A stretch of 64,000 nucleotides of DNA from Promethearchaeota archaeon (GTDB taxonomy: Archaea > Asgardarchaeota > Lokiarchaeia > Sigyniarchaeales > SOKP01), in assembly GCA_048938855.1 (NCBI GenBank), contig JBHLLT010000003.1, positions 96,001 to 160,000 on the forward strand. Reading direction: 5' to 3'. The position numbers were made by a program, and so were the translations under genes. Below the pieces are notes generated by a model. It ran no database searches. It was not told where the DNA came from and saw only the letters and a list, made by a program, of their open reading frames with translations. Of the stretch, positions 38,615-48,202 are shown in pieces (position 1 is the stretch's first letter; each line of letters begins with the position of its first letter).

Positions 38615-39427
38615 TTATAATTCTACATCTAGTTTGTGAGAAGGAACACCTGCCTCAGTAATACCTCCATCAACAGTAAAACAATGCCCTGTAATAAAAT
38701 CACTTTTTTCTGAGCTCAAGAATAGAACTAAATCTACTACATCTTTAATTGTTCCTATTCTATTAAGTGGGGTTTTCACATCACCATCATTCATAACTTG
38801 TAGCATTATATCTTCTCTGTGTCCATACATTCCCGTAACATGAAAACCAGGAGCAATTGCATTTGAAGTTATATATGGAGCTAATGTTTTAGCAATAAGT
38901 TTATTTAATACAATAATACCTGCTTTACTTATACTATATACTGGAACAAATGGACTTAAAACTATTCCATAATGAGAAGAATTATGAATAATTTTACCTC
39001 TTAAAGGCTTAAATTTTTGCCTATTCATTTTTCTACCAGCAAATTTATCAACTAACCATTGACCTTTAAGGTTAGTATTCATAGTTTTATCCCATGCTTT
39101 TTCTCCAACTCTTAGTATATCAACTCCATAAGTGGTTGCTATTCCTGCGTTATTGAATAAAATAAATACATTATCAAGCTCTTTAAAGGCATCATTGACC
39201 ATTTGTTTCACACACTTAGAATCTGAAACATCACACGTGATAGGAATAACTTTTCTCCCAAAACTTTTCTCTAGTTCTCTACTTGTTTCTTCTAATAAGT
39301 TTTCATTAATATCAACGAGAACTAAATTAGCACCTCGCTCTGAGAAAGCATAAGCCACACTTTTTCCAAAACCAGAAGCTCCTCCGGTAATTAAGGCACC
39401 TTTTCCTTCTAAAAATTTTTCAGTCAT
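38615..39427 (-). CDS. Short-chain dehydrogenase/reductase, tandem paralog of 37770-38588
   Basis: Nearly identical N-terminus EKFLEGKGALITGGASGFG; NNAG, YSISK. Confidence 0.9.
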   Translation of the reverse strand: MTEKFLEGKGALITGGASGFGKSVAYAFSERGANLVLVDINENLLEETSRELEKSFGRKVIPITCDVSDSKCVKQMVNDAFKELDNVFILFNNAGIATTYGVDILRVGEKAWDKTMNTNLKGQWLVDKFAGRKMNRQKFKPLRGKIIHNSSHYGIVLSPFVPVYSISKAGIIVLNKLIAKTLAPYITSNAIAPGFHVTGMYGHREDIMLQVMNDGDVKTPLNRIGTIKDVVDLVLFLSSEKSDFITGHCFTVDGGITEAGVPSHKLDVEL

Positions 39428-39593
39428 TAATTTAACACATTTAATCTCAAATATGAACTATAATCAATGATTATAATTTTTTCTTATTTTATTTAAATTT
39501 TTAATCTAAATTTAGTGAACTTCACTCAAAACCATAACATTAATTATTATACCGGTATTAAAAATAAGTATAGAAATATCAAGTGATTAAAAT

Positions 39594-41174
39594 ATGGTTA
39601 ATAAAGTAGTCCCTTATTTAATTAATATGGGCGAAGTGACTCCCGCACGGAGCCAAGCAGCCTTATTAAACGAATTAGCTATGGGGTTAATTGATTGTAT
39701 TAATATATATGGTAAAACTCTTAGAAAATTAGGAAAAATTTCAAAAATTTCTACAGCATTCTGGCCAGTTCGTTTAATTCCAATAAGTGATACAAGAGCG
39801 GCTGTTTTTAGTTATCTTTTAAATAAACAAGAGAAGCTAAGTGTAGGAGCGTTTTCTCAAATGCCACCTAGACCTGAAAATGTTATTAAAGGGGCAGATC
39901 CTGTATCTTTTCTAAATTCATTACAAACATATAATAATACATATCTTAGGCGTTCAAAAAACTTTAAACGAGGAACAGTAATTCAAGAAGCTTTATTCAG
40001 CACTAGTGAAGTAGGATATTTTCAAAATTTCTTTCTTAATCAATATGATCTAAGTTCTCATTCAACACCTTATTTTATATTAGAAGGTGGGTCCATAACT
40101 AAAAGTGTTAATCAGACAAAAGTTGCACCAGAAGTTCCTGTTTATGTTTCACAGAAAGATGTTAAAATGCTTGATTCTTATGCAGATGCTATAATTAAAT
40201 TATGTGAAAGATGGGTCGAAAAGGGAGGGAAGGAGGTCGATAAGATTAGAGATACTAAGGTAGATACAGGGGAAGAAGAAAAACAACTCGCTGTATTGAA
40301 TAAAGAAATACAAGCAGAAAAAGAACGCGAAATTGAAAAGTCTCCAGAAGAATTAGTAAAATTGGGAAAATATAAAATAAATGATAAAACAGGAGAATTG
40401 AATAATAACCTTAGTTCGATTAAAAATAGTGTTGATAGCTTAAAAAATGCAATTAACAATCGTGATTTATTTCTTGTGGAAGAAGGTCTAAAAGATATTA
40501 ATGTAAAATATAGAGAATTAGGAGATTCTATTAGTAGATATAATAATGAAATTGCCCAATTAAGAGCAAATGTTCAGCGTGAAATCTCTGATCTTGAAAA
40601 AACAAAACAACAGAAAATCAGGGAATTGGAACGAAAAAAAGCTGAAGTTGAAAAACAAATTCAAACAAAACATAGCGGGCTTAGTAGAGATTTAACTTCT
40701 GCAGAAGATACTGTAGCTCAAATACAAGCAGAGAAGCAATTTTCTCTCGACAACATCGAAAGTATTAAAGATAAAGAGATGACCGATGTTCAGAATTTCT
40801 TTAATAACTATACACTTGAGATTAAGACTCAAAATGTCATAGTTGGTATTCCAATATATATTTTCTTCTTTACAGACCCTAATACAAATCGAACTACTGA
40901 AAGAGCTCCAGTTCTTCCAATCTTGATTGATAAGGGAAAACCAGTAGATACAAAAGTTAAGGCGGGTTTCAGAAAAAAATTACGAGATTTAATGAATAAA
41001 GACAATGCAATGATTGAGCTAGTTGAAACTCAGTCTGATAAAAACAATTTGATGGAAACTAAAAACTTAGACACTCGTCTTGAAGATGCTATTAATGATT
41101 TAAGAATTCGCAAAATTTTAAGTAAGAAACAAGCTGAAACAGCAAAGGATATGATAGCAAATTTAGTTTGGTAG
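39594..41174 (+). CDS. Hypothetical protein with long central coiled coil
   Basis: 526 aa; residues about 190-400 are heptad-rich in Glu, Lys, Gln and Leu; both ends look globular. Confidence 0.8.
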   Translation: MVNKVVPYLINMGEVTPARSQAALLNELAMGLIDCINIYGKTLRKLGKISKISTAFWPVRLIPISDTRAAVFSYLLNKQEKLSVGAFSQMPPRPENVIKGADPVSFLNSLQTYNNTYLRRSKNFKRGTVIQEALFSTSEVGYFQNFFLNQYDLSSHSTPYFILEGGSITKSVNQTKVAPEVPVYVSQKDVKMLDSYADAIIKLCERWVEKGGKEVDKIRDTKVDTGEEEKQLAVLNKEIQAEKEREIEKSPEELVKLGKYKINDKTGELNNNLSSIKNSVDSLKNAINNRDLFLVEEGLKDINVKYRELGDSISRYNNEIAQLRANVQREISDLEKTKQQKIRELERKKAEVEKQIQTKHSGLSRDLTSAEDTVAQIQAEKQFSLDNIESIKDKEMTDVQNFFNNYTLEIKTQNVIVGIPIYIFFFTDPNTNRTTERAPVLPILIDKGKPVDTKVKAGFRKKLRDLMNKDNAMIELVETQSDKNNLMETKNLDTRLEDAINDLRIRKILSKKQAETAKDMIANLVW

Positions 41175-41214
41175 ACTTTTTTATTCTTATTTTTATTTAT
41201 TTTTAATAATTTCT

Positions 41215-41388
41215 TTAGTGTTCTATATATTCCATTTTTTCTCCACAACATTCAGGAATAGGTTGATATCCGCATTCTTTTGAACAGCAACAAAGCAAAT
41301 AATCATCTTCCACTATCATTGATTTCTCACAACAAATTGGAACCTCTTTTTCTGCGCCACAAATACGACAAACTAGTTTACTTGACAT
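41215..41388 (-). CDS. Small Cys-rich metal-binding protein (tandem desulforedoxin-like motifs)
   Basis: 57 aa from ATG 41388: CRICG...CCEKSM...CCCSKECG...CCGEKM. Confidence 0.75.
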   Translation of the reverse strand: MSSKLVCRICGAEKEVPICCEKSMIVEDDYLLCCCSKECGYQPIPECCGEKMEYIEH

Positions 41389-41620
41389 TTTTTTTCCAAC
41401 ACCTAACCAATTACTTTTCCTAATGACCTTATAACATAAAAATAACAAAAATGATTCGATTATGGATTATAACTTGATTAAAAATTCTGATTTCATATGA
41501 AAAGTAAAACTAATGATAATCTTGTTGAATATTAGAATAGAGTGTAAATTAGTTTAGAAACCTTCAATAACAATGTTTAATAATTAATAGCTATATTATT
41601 AGAAAAAATGGAGAGAGAAA

Positions 41621-42877
41621 TTGACTGATAAATTAAACCTTAACAATACTTTCAAATTATATCAGGAAGCCTTAGAATTAATTCCGGGTGCAATTTTAGG
41701 GATAAGACGACCATATAATTTTGTTGAAGGAGAATATCCTATATTCTTTGAATCTGCTAAAGGTGGAAAAGTAATTGATGTTGATGGTAATGAATATATT
41801 GATATGTTATGTGCCTATGGGCCAATTATTATTGGACACAGAGAAGAAGAAATCGATAATGCAGTTATTGAGCAAATCCGTAATAAAGGATTTTGTATGT
41901 CCCTTACTCAACAAATACAAAATAAGCTAGCAAAGAAATTAAAGGATTTAATACCTTGCTGTGAAAAGATGGTATTAATGAAAATGGGTACTGATGCAAC
42001 TACTGCCGCGATCAGAGTAGCTAGAGCTTATACAAAAAAAATGAAGATTCTTAGTTGTGGATATCATGGATGGTATGATGCTTTCAGTGAGGTACATGGA
42101 ATTGAAGCGGGAATACCTAAGAAATTATTTGAAGATTTTTATGAATTTAATTTTAATAATCTAGAGGAAATTGAGAATTTATTTAAAGAGAACAAAGATG
42201 AAGTAGCAGCTATAATAATCAACCCAATACATACTCCAGGAGGTCGAGAAGTTGAAACGCCTGAGAATGGATACCTTGATGGACTTCGTGAATTAGCAGA
42301 TGAAAATAACGCGTTATTGATTTATGATGAGATAAGGACAGGTTTTAGAGTGGATATGGGTGGAGCACAAAAATTATTTGGAGTTCTTCCTGATTTAGCT
42401 GCATTTGGAAAAGCTATGGGAAATGGTTATCCTATAAGTACCCTTGTAGGTAAAGCAGAATTTATGGATGTTTTAGTTGAAAAAGTCTTTCTTAGCTCAA
42501 CTTTCTTCCCTAATAGTCTGGCTCAGGTTGCTTCTCTAAAAACAATTGAATTTCTTGAACGTGAGCATGTTTTAGAAAATATTCAGAAAAAAGGTGACTT
42601 TTTCGCAAAACAAGTCAAAGATCATATAAATGATACTAGAATTCCATGCAATTTTACAGGTGGTCCATGGATGCCTTATATTACATTCACACCCGATCCC
42701 AATTATCTATACAGAAAAATTCGAGAAGAATTTTATAAACAATTGATTCGTCGAAAAGTTTTTCTTCAACCATATCATCATGGATATATCGCATACCGGC
42801 ATTCCAGTGAAGATTTAGATTATGCTTCAGAAATGATTTATGAATCGTTAAAAGAATGCAAAAAAATAACTAACTAA
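41621..42877 (+). CDS. kat: 3-aminobutyryl-CoA aminotransferase (class III PLP aminotransferase)
   Basis: Class III motifs (DVDGNEYID, GYHGW, YDEIRTGFR, FGKAMGNG). N-terminal PG...GIRRPYNFVEGEYP matches my recollection of the Kat subfamily; located upstream of kce, kdd and kam. Confidence 0.75.
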   Translation: MTDKLNLNNTFKLYQEALELIPGAILGIRRPYNFVEGEYPIFFESAKGGKVIDVDGNEYIDMLCAYGPIIIGHREEEIDNAVIEQIRNKGFCMSLTQQIQNKLAKKLKDLIPCCEKMVLMKMGTDATTAAIRVARAYTKKMKILSCGYHGWYDAFSEVHGIEAGIPKKLFEDFYEFNFNNLEEIENLFKENKDEVAAIIINPIHTPGGREVETPENGYLDGLRELADENNALLIYDEIRTGFRVDMGGAQKLFGVLPDLAAFGKAMGNGYPISTLVGKAEFMDVLVEKVFLSSTFFPNSLAQVASLKTIEFLEREHVLENIQKKGDFFAKQVKDHINDTRIPCNFTGGPWMPYITFTPDPNYLYRKIREEFYKQLIRRKVFLQPYHHGYIAYRHSSEDLDYASEMIYESLKECKKITN

Positions 42878-44036
42878 TTTTTTTCTCTAACCTTAATTGT
42901 ATTATTTTCTTGTCAGTATACCACCATACAACACCACAAGAGATGCAAATAGTCCAATTCAAAATTAATAAGGAAAAATTTATAAAAAGATTCTCAGTGG
43001 CGACCCCTATAATATTGACAATTGTTATCCCCCCTATTGATCCCCATATAGTCTCATGAATTATATAGGAGATAGTAAAATAAAGGTCTTGAACAAGAAA
43101 TATATGAAAAGTAGATCGACCAATTATTTTAAATGTTTTTGCTACCTTTTGGTTAGCAGTTTCTGGAATAAAATTCAGAAAGAGCAGGAATATGAAAGCA
43201 GAATATAGAAATGTTAAGGAATTGTAATCTCCCCTTAAAATACTTGCACCATTAATAGCTAAGCGAAAATTAAAGAAATCCCATGCTATCATGTACAGAG
43301 TGCTGACAGGGAAAAGTATCCATACAAAAAGATTCTTTTTAGTAAATATGCCTTGATATTTAGAAAGCCACATACCCATACCTAAAGCTGATACATACAA
43401 TAAGATTATATTTCGAAAATTAGCCTCCAGTAGAATTTCTTCAGGACTAGTTATATTTCCAACAACAAAAAACACTAATAAATGCATTAAAAACTCGATA
43501 ATAAAGCATAAAATCAGTGTAATTTTTGGCCATTTAGAAAAACTATAATATAATAAGGGCATTATAATTATCGATTGAAAAAGCACAGGTATAAACCAAT
43601 TTCCAGGACCTTGTAAGAGAGATTTTTGGAAGATAATATATTCCAAGAACCAATTTTCATTAAATATGCTAGGAAAAGAAAGACCATACAGAATAAACCC
43701 AATTAAAGTTCCAATAATATATAGAATAATATAAGGATAAACATAACGCCAAAATTTTTTTTTAAAATAACGCCAGGAATATAATTCTTTTAATTTTAGA
43801 TGACTTTCTTTAGAAAAAGACTTACCCATATTAAATCCCATAATTATTAGAAAAACTGGTATAGCAATTCTTTCCCATAATTGAAAGCCTAAACCATTTA
43901 AATTTGAATATACAAGAGAATGATCAATAATTACTAATCCAATCATTAAGGCTTTTAATAAGTCTATCTGAAAGAGTTTATCCTCTTTTAACGTTACTAT
44001 ATTTGATTCCGTTGCCTCTATACTGTTTCCGTTCAA
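42870..44036 (-). CDS. Membrane acyltransferase family 3
   Basis: QIDLLKALMIGLVIIDH, AIPVFLIIMG, WFIP, IGRSTFHIFLVQ; about 10 TM. Confidence 0.82.
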   Translation of the reverse strand: MNGNSIEATESNIVTLKEDKLFQIDLLKALMIGLVIIDHSLVYSNLNGLGFQLWERIAIPVFLIIMGFNMGKSFSKESHLKLKELYSWRYFKKKFWRYVYPYIILYIIGTLIGFILYGLSFPSIFNENWFLEYIIFQKSLLQGPGNWFIPVLFQSIIIMPLLYYSFSKWPKITLILCFIIEFLMHLLVFFVVGNITSPEEILLEANFRNIILLYVSALGMGMWLSKYQGIFTKKNLFVWILFPVSTLYMIAWDFFNFRLAINGASILRGDYNSLTFLYSAFIFLLFLNFIPETANQKVAKTFKIIGRSTFHIFLVQDLYFTISYIIHETIWGSIGGITIVNIIGVATENLFINFSLLILNWTICISCGVVWWYTDKKIIQLRLEKKIS

Positions 44037-44198
44037 ATTTTATTAACTATTTCAAAAATTACTTACTAATTTATAGGAGAAGGTGCGTATTAAAATAAAC
44101 CATATTTTTATGTATAATTCCGAATAGGGTAGGATTAATAGACTATCACCCACTTAATAAGAGATTAAGTTTAAAATCATAGAAATATTGAAGATGGT

Positions 44199-45023
44199 AT
44201 GGAGAAACTAATAATAACTGGAGCCATATGTGGCGCAGAGGTATCAAAAGAACATAATCCTAACATTCCCTATACAGTTAAAGAAATTGGTAATGAAGCA
44301 GAGTCAGCTTACAATGCAGGAGCGAGTATTATCCATTTGCATGTTAGGGAAGACGATGGAACTCCTACCCAAAATATAGATAGGTTTAGAGCATGTATTG
44401 AAGAAATAAAAAAAAGATGTCCTAATGTAATAATCTTGCCTTCAACGGGAGGTGCGGTAGGAATGACAAATGAAGAAAGACTTCAGCCCATATATTTAGA
44501 TCCCCCTCCAGAAATGGCCACACTTGATTGTGGCACGATGAATTGGATTGGTGGAGATGATATTTTTATTAATACAGAGAATACAATAATAAATTTTGCT
44601 GAAGAGATGAATAAGAGAGGAATTAAATATGAATTGGAGTGCTTTGACAAAGGAATGGTCGATATGGCATTGCGGTTATACAATAAAGGATTTATAAAAG
44701 GTCCTATGCACTTTAATTTTATGTTAGGAGTGAAAGGTGGCATAGATGCTACGCCAAGAGATTTGGTTTTTCTGGTCAATAGCATTCCAAAAGATTCTAC
44801 ATTTTGTGTTGGGGGGATTGGTAGATATGAATTCCCGATGGTAACGATGTCAATAATACTGGGGGGGCATGCAAGAGTAGGTTTTGAAGATAATATCTAT
44901 CTATCTAAAGGCAATTTAGCAAAATCAAATGGAGAACTCGTAGAAAAAGTTGTTAGGATTTCGAAAGAATTAGGGAGAGAAATTGCCACACCTGATGAAG
45001 CACGTAAAATTTTAGGGCTTTAA
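44199..45023 (+). CDS. kce: 3-keto-5-aminohexanoate cleavage enzyme (BKACE/DUF849)
   Basis: LIITGAICGAE, GASIIHLHVR, STGGAVGM, ATLDCGTMN, GGHARVGFED; lies in the lysine cluster. Confidence 0.93.
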   Translation: MEKLIITGAICGAEVSKEHNPNIPYTVKEIGNEAESAYNAGASIIHLHVREDDGTPTQNIDRFRACIEEIKKRCPNVIILPSTGGAVGMTNEERLQPIYLDPPPEMATLDCGTMNWIGGDDIFINTENTIINFAEEMNKRGIKYELECFDKGMVDMALRLYNKGFIKGPMHFNFMLGVKGGIDATPRDLVFLVNSIPKDSTFCVGGIGRYEFPMVTMSIILGGHARVGFEDNIYLSKGNLAKSNGELVEKVVRISKELGREIATPDEARKILGL

Positions 45024-45053
45024 TTATTAATGCTCTTGGAGGGATGAAATATA

Positions 45054-45764
45054 ATGATGTATAAAGAATTAGCAAAATATTATGACTTGATTTATTCATG
45101 GAAGGATTATAAGGAAGAAGTTAAATCAATTAAGAAATTAATTAACCAGTATAAAATTTCTGAGGAAAACGAATTACTTGATGTTGGTTGTGGAACAGGA
45201 AAACATTTAGAGTACTTGAAGGATGATTTTTCTTGTATTGGAAGCGATATTAATACGGAAATGTTAGATGTTGCTAGACAAAAGGTTAGTGGAGTTACGT
45301 TCATCGAAGCAGATATGATAACTTTAGACCTCAATAAGAAATTTGACGTTATCATTAGTTTATTTAGTTCTATTGGACATGTGAAAACATATGATAATCT
45401 AGAACAGACTCTTCAAAACTTTTCCAAACATTTAAAGAAAGGAGGAATTGTAATCATTGAACCGTGGCTTACTAAATCAACTTATGATGCTGGACGTCCA
45501 GGAATGACAACTTACGATACTGAAGATATTAAAATTGCAAGATTAAATACAACAAAAATAGAAGATGATCTTTCAATCTTAGAATTCTACTATTTAATAG
45601 CTGAAAGAAACAAGGATATTGTGTATTATTCTGAAAAACATGAATTAGGACTCTTTGAGATTGATAAATTTTTAAATTATATGACTAATTCAAGTTTAAA
45701 GTCACAATTTTTGGAAGATGGCCTAATGAAAGGAAGAGGACTCTATATTGGAATTAAATTGTAA
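45054..45764 (+). CDS. Class I SAM-dependent methyltransferase (TylM1/DesVI-like N-methyltransferase fold)
   Basis: YYDLIY..KDY..E, LLDVGCGTGKH, FDVIISLFSSIGH, IIEPW. Confidence 0.85.
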   Translation: MMYKELAKYYDLIYSWKDYKEEVKSIKKLINQYKISEENELLDVGCGTGKHLEYLKDDFSCIGSDINTEMLDVARQKVSGVTFIEADMITLDLNKKFDVIISLFSSIGHVKTYDNLEQTLQNFSKHLKKGGIVIIEPWLTKSTYDAGRPGMTTYDTEDIKIARLNTTKIEDDLSILEFYYLIAERNKDIVYYSEKHELGLFEIDKFLNYMTNSSLKSQFLEDGLMKGRGLYIGIKL

Positions 45765-45796
45765 ATATTAAGTATTAAGTAAAATGATGTGATATT

Positions 45797-46837
45797 ATGA
45801 GAAAAGGATCGAAGTACGGGACTCATAGAGTTATTGAACCAAAAGGATCATTACCTCAACCTGCATTAAAGATATCAAATGACATGAATATATTTGATAA
45901 TGAAATCTTAATTGATGTAGACTATTTAAATATCGATTCAGCAAGTTTTACTCAACTTAGAGAAGAAGCAAAGAATAACATTGAAAAAATAAAAGAAAAA
46001 ATATTGAAAATTGTGGAAGAAAGAGGTAAAATGCAAAATCCGGTAACTGGTTCTGGGGGAATGCTTATGGGAAGGGTTGAACTAATCGGTGATTCCTTGA
46101 AAGATAAAATTGATTTAAAAATTGGAGATCGAATTGCTACTTTAGTATCACTTTCATTAACACCATTAAGAATCGATAGAATTTTGAATATTCAACCAGA
46201 AATTGATAGAGTAGAAATCGAAGGAAAAGCTATTCTATTTGAGAGTGGAATATATGCTAAGCTTCCTGAAGATATCGAAGATACTTTAGCTTTAGCAGCT
46301 CTCGATGTTGCCGGAGCTCCAGCACAAGTAAAAAAAATTGTTAAAGATGGACATAATATACTAATTCTTGGTGCTACTGGAAAATCAGGTTTAATGTGTT
46401 CTTATATGGCAAAGAAATTGGTCGGACAAGAAGGAATTGTAATTGGACAAGCTAGAAATAAATCACGTGCTGAATTCCTTAGAAGTACAAATTTTTGTCA
46501 TAAAATTATTATAGGAGATGTTCTAAATCCTATAAATATATTAGAAGAAACCTTAAAAGAGAATAATGGAAAAGAAGTAGATATTGCAATTAATTGTTTG
46601 AGCATACCTAATACGGAAATGGCTAGTATTCTTCCAGTAAGAGATGGAGGAATGGTTTATTTTTTTTCTATGGCAACCAGTTTTACTAAAGCAGCTTTAG
46701 GTGCTGAGGGCGTAGGAAAAGATGTAACTATGATTATTGGCAATGGATACACTAAAAACCACGCACAAATTACATTAGATTTATTAAAAGAATCAGATAT
46801 ATTAAGAAAGATTTTTGAAGAAAAATATATGAAATAA
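45797..46837 (+). CDS. kdd: L-erythro-3,5-diaminohexanoate dehydrogenase
   Basis: YGTHRVIEPKGSLPQPA, LNIDSASFTQ, RGKMQNPVTGSGGML, LDVAGAPAQ, FFSMATSFTKAALGAEGVGKD. Confidence 0.95.
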   Translation: MRKGSKYGTHRVIEPKGSLPQPALKISNDMNIFDNEILIDVDYLNIDSASFTQLREEAKNNIEKIKEKILKIVEERGKMQNPVTGSGGMLMGRVELIGDSLKDKIDLKIGDRIATLVSLSLTPLRIDRILNIQPEIDRVEIEGKAILFESGIYAKLPEDIEDTLALAALDVAGAPAQVKKIVKDGHNILILGATGKSGLMCSYMAKKLVGQEGIVIGQARNKSRAEFLRSTNFCHKIIIGDVLNPINILEETLKENNGKEVDIAINCLSIPNTEMASILPVRDGGMVYFFSMATSFTKAALGAEGVGKDVTMIIGNGYTKNHAQITLDLLKESDILRKIFEEKYMK

Positions 46838-46847
46838 TTTAAACAAG

Positions 46848-47855
46848 TTAGTATCCTTCATCCAGATTAACTAAATTTTCTGGTTTTTCACCGCGAATAA
46901 ACCTATTTACATTTTCAAGAAATGGTTTAAGATCTATCATCAATGCATCTGATTGCCATGCTCTATGTGCTGTCATTATCACATTTTTTAGCTTATGAAA
47001 GGGAAATTTTGAAGGATAACAGGGAAATGGTTCTTGTTTTTCCCCTCCTCTAATGTCTGGGTAATTATACCAAACATCTAATGCGGCGCCTCTAATTTTT
47101 TTTTCCTTCAAGGCATTATATAATTCTTGTTCATTAATAGTCATACCCCGACCTACATTAACAATAATTACATTCGAATTCATAGCTTCAAACTCAACCT
47201 TATCAATGAAATTTATTGTTCTTTCGGTTAAAGGGAGGGTGTTAATGATAATATCTGTTTGTCCAATAGCAGCAAGTTTTTCTTCAGGTGTAAAAATCTT
47301 GATACTGGGATCATCACATTGTTTAGTCCTCTTAACAGTGATATAGTTCATTTGAAATGGTGTACACATTTCTTTTAAGATTTGAGCGATATTTCCATAT
47401 CCTAAAAATAATATCGTTTTACCAAACAGAGTGATCGCAGGATATTTAGTATAATCCCAGTTACCTTCTCTTAAAAGCTGATCATTAGTGTTTATCTCCT
47501 TAGCAATTGTAAGTAATAGAGCAAATGCATATTCAGCAATAATTTTAGAATGGGTATGAGAATTACAGAGAATTATGTTATTTTTTTTATAAAATTCAAA
47601 GTTAAACACTTCCAAACCTGTTGCAAATGTTTGATGCATTTTTAGCTTAGTGTATGAGTTTAGTTCTTTTTCATCGATTTTAGGACCAATTAAAATATCT
47701 ATTTCTTTAATAACATCTTCTCTCTCTTCTTTTTTAATATCATTATAAAAAATTAAATCTACATTTGGTTCTATCAATTGCCTATAAACATTTTTAACAT
47801 TTTCCTTTAATAAGAGATCTTTTATTTCTGGTCTTGGTTTTATTAGGACTTTCAT
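46848..47855 (-). CDS. D-isomer-specific 2-hydroxyacid dehydrogenase family
   Basis: IAEYA, FLGYGNIA, LPLT..T, VNVGRG, ALDVW, NVIMTAH. Confidence 0.88.
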   Translation of the reverse strand: MKVLIKPRPEIKDLLLKENVKNVYRQLIEPNVDLIFYNDIKKEEREDVIKEIDILIGPKIDEKELNSYTKLKMHQTFATGLEVFNFEFYKKNNIILCNSHTHSKIIAEYAFALLLTIAKEINTNDQLLREGNWDYTKYPAITLFGKTILFLGYGNIAQILKEMCTPFQMNYITVKRTKQCDDPSIKIFTPEEKLAAIGQTDIIINTLPLTERTINFIDKVEFEAMNSNVIIVNVGRGMTINEQELYNALKEKKIRGAALDVWYNYPDIRGGEKQEPFPCYPSKFPFHKLKNVIMTAHRAWQSDALMIDLKPFLENVNRFIRGEKPENLVNLDEGY

Positions 47856-48202
47856 GATATTATTTAATACTAAATTTATATAAATATTTAAAGAATTTAA
47901 AAATCCTTCGTTTAGATCTGTATTTGAAGGGTGTTGATATTTTATACAAATTTTATTAATGACGTTTCAAAAGCATAATAAGTTAGATTTTTCACTTTCT
48001 ACATGAGTTTCTTCAGGGCTTAATTCTAATTCATTATGTAGCAATATATCTAATAATTATACATGGCGCATCAATTTTTTTTCTAAATTTGTGTTAATTA
48101 AAGTTTATAAAAATCTGAAAAATTACAAAAAATATTTGAAGAAATACACTTTTAATCAATCGTTGAGATAAATTAAAATTATAAATCATGTTGAGTTGAA
48201 TT

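Noticed and set aside
44070-44150. Possible lysine riboswitch upstream of kce (AGGTGCG...CCGAA...CTATC)
   Set aside because: The matching words span only about 70 nt versus about 170 nt for the aptamer, and I could not build the P2-P5 helices.
47856-48202. Long spacer upstream of kamA as a riboswitch or small ORF
   Set aside because: Very AT-rich with no recognisable aptamer; only short frames without a credible start. It is explained by divergent promoters.
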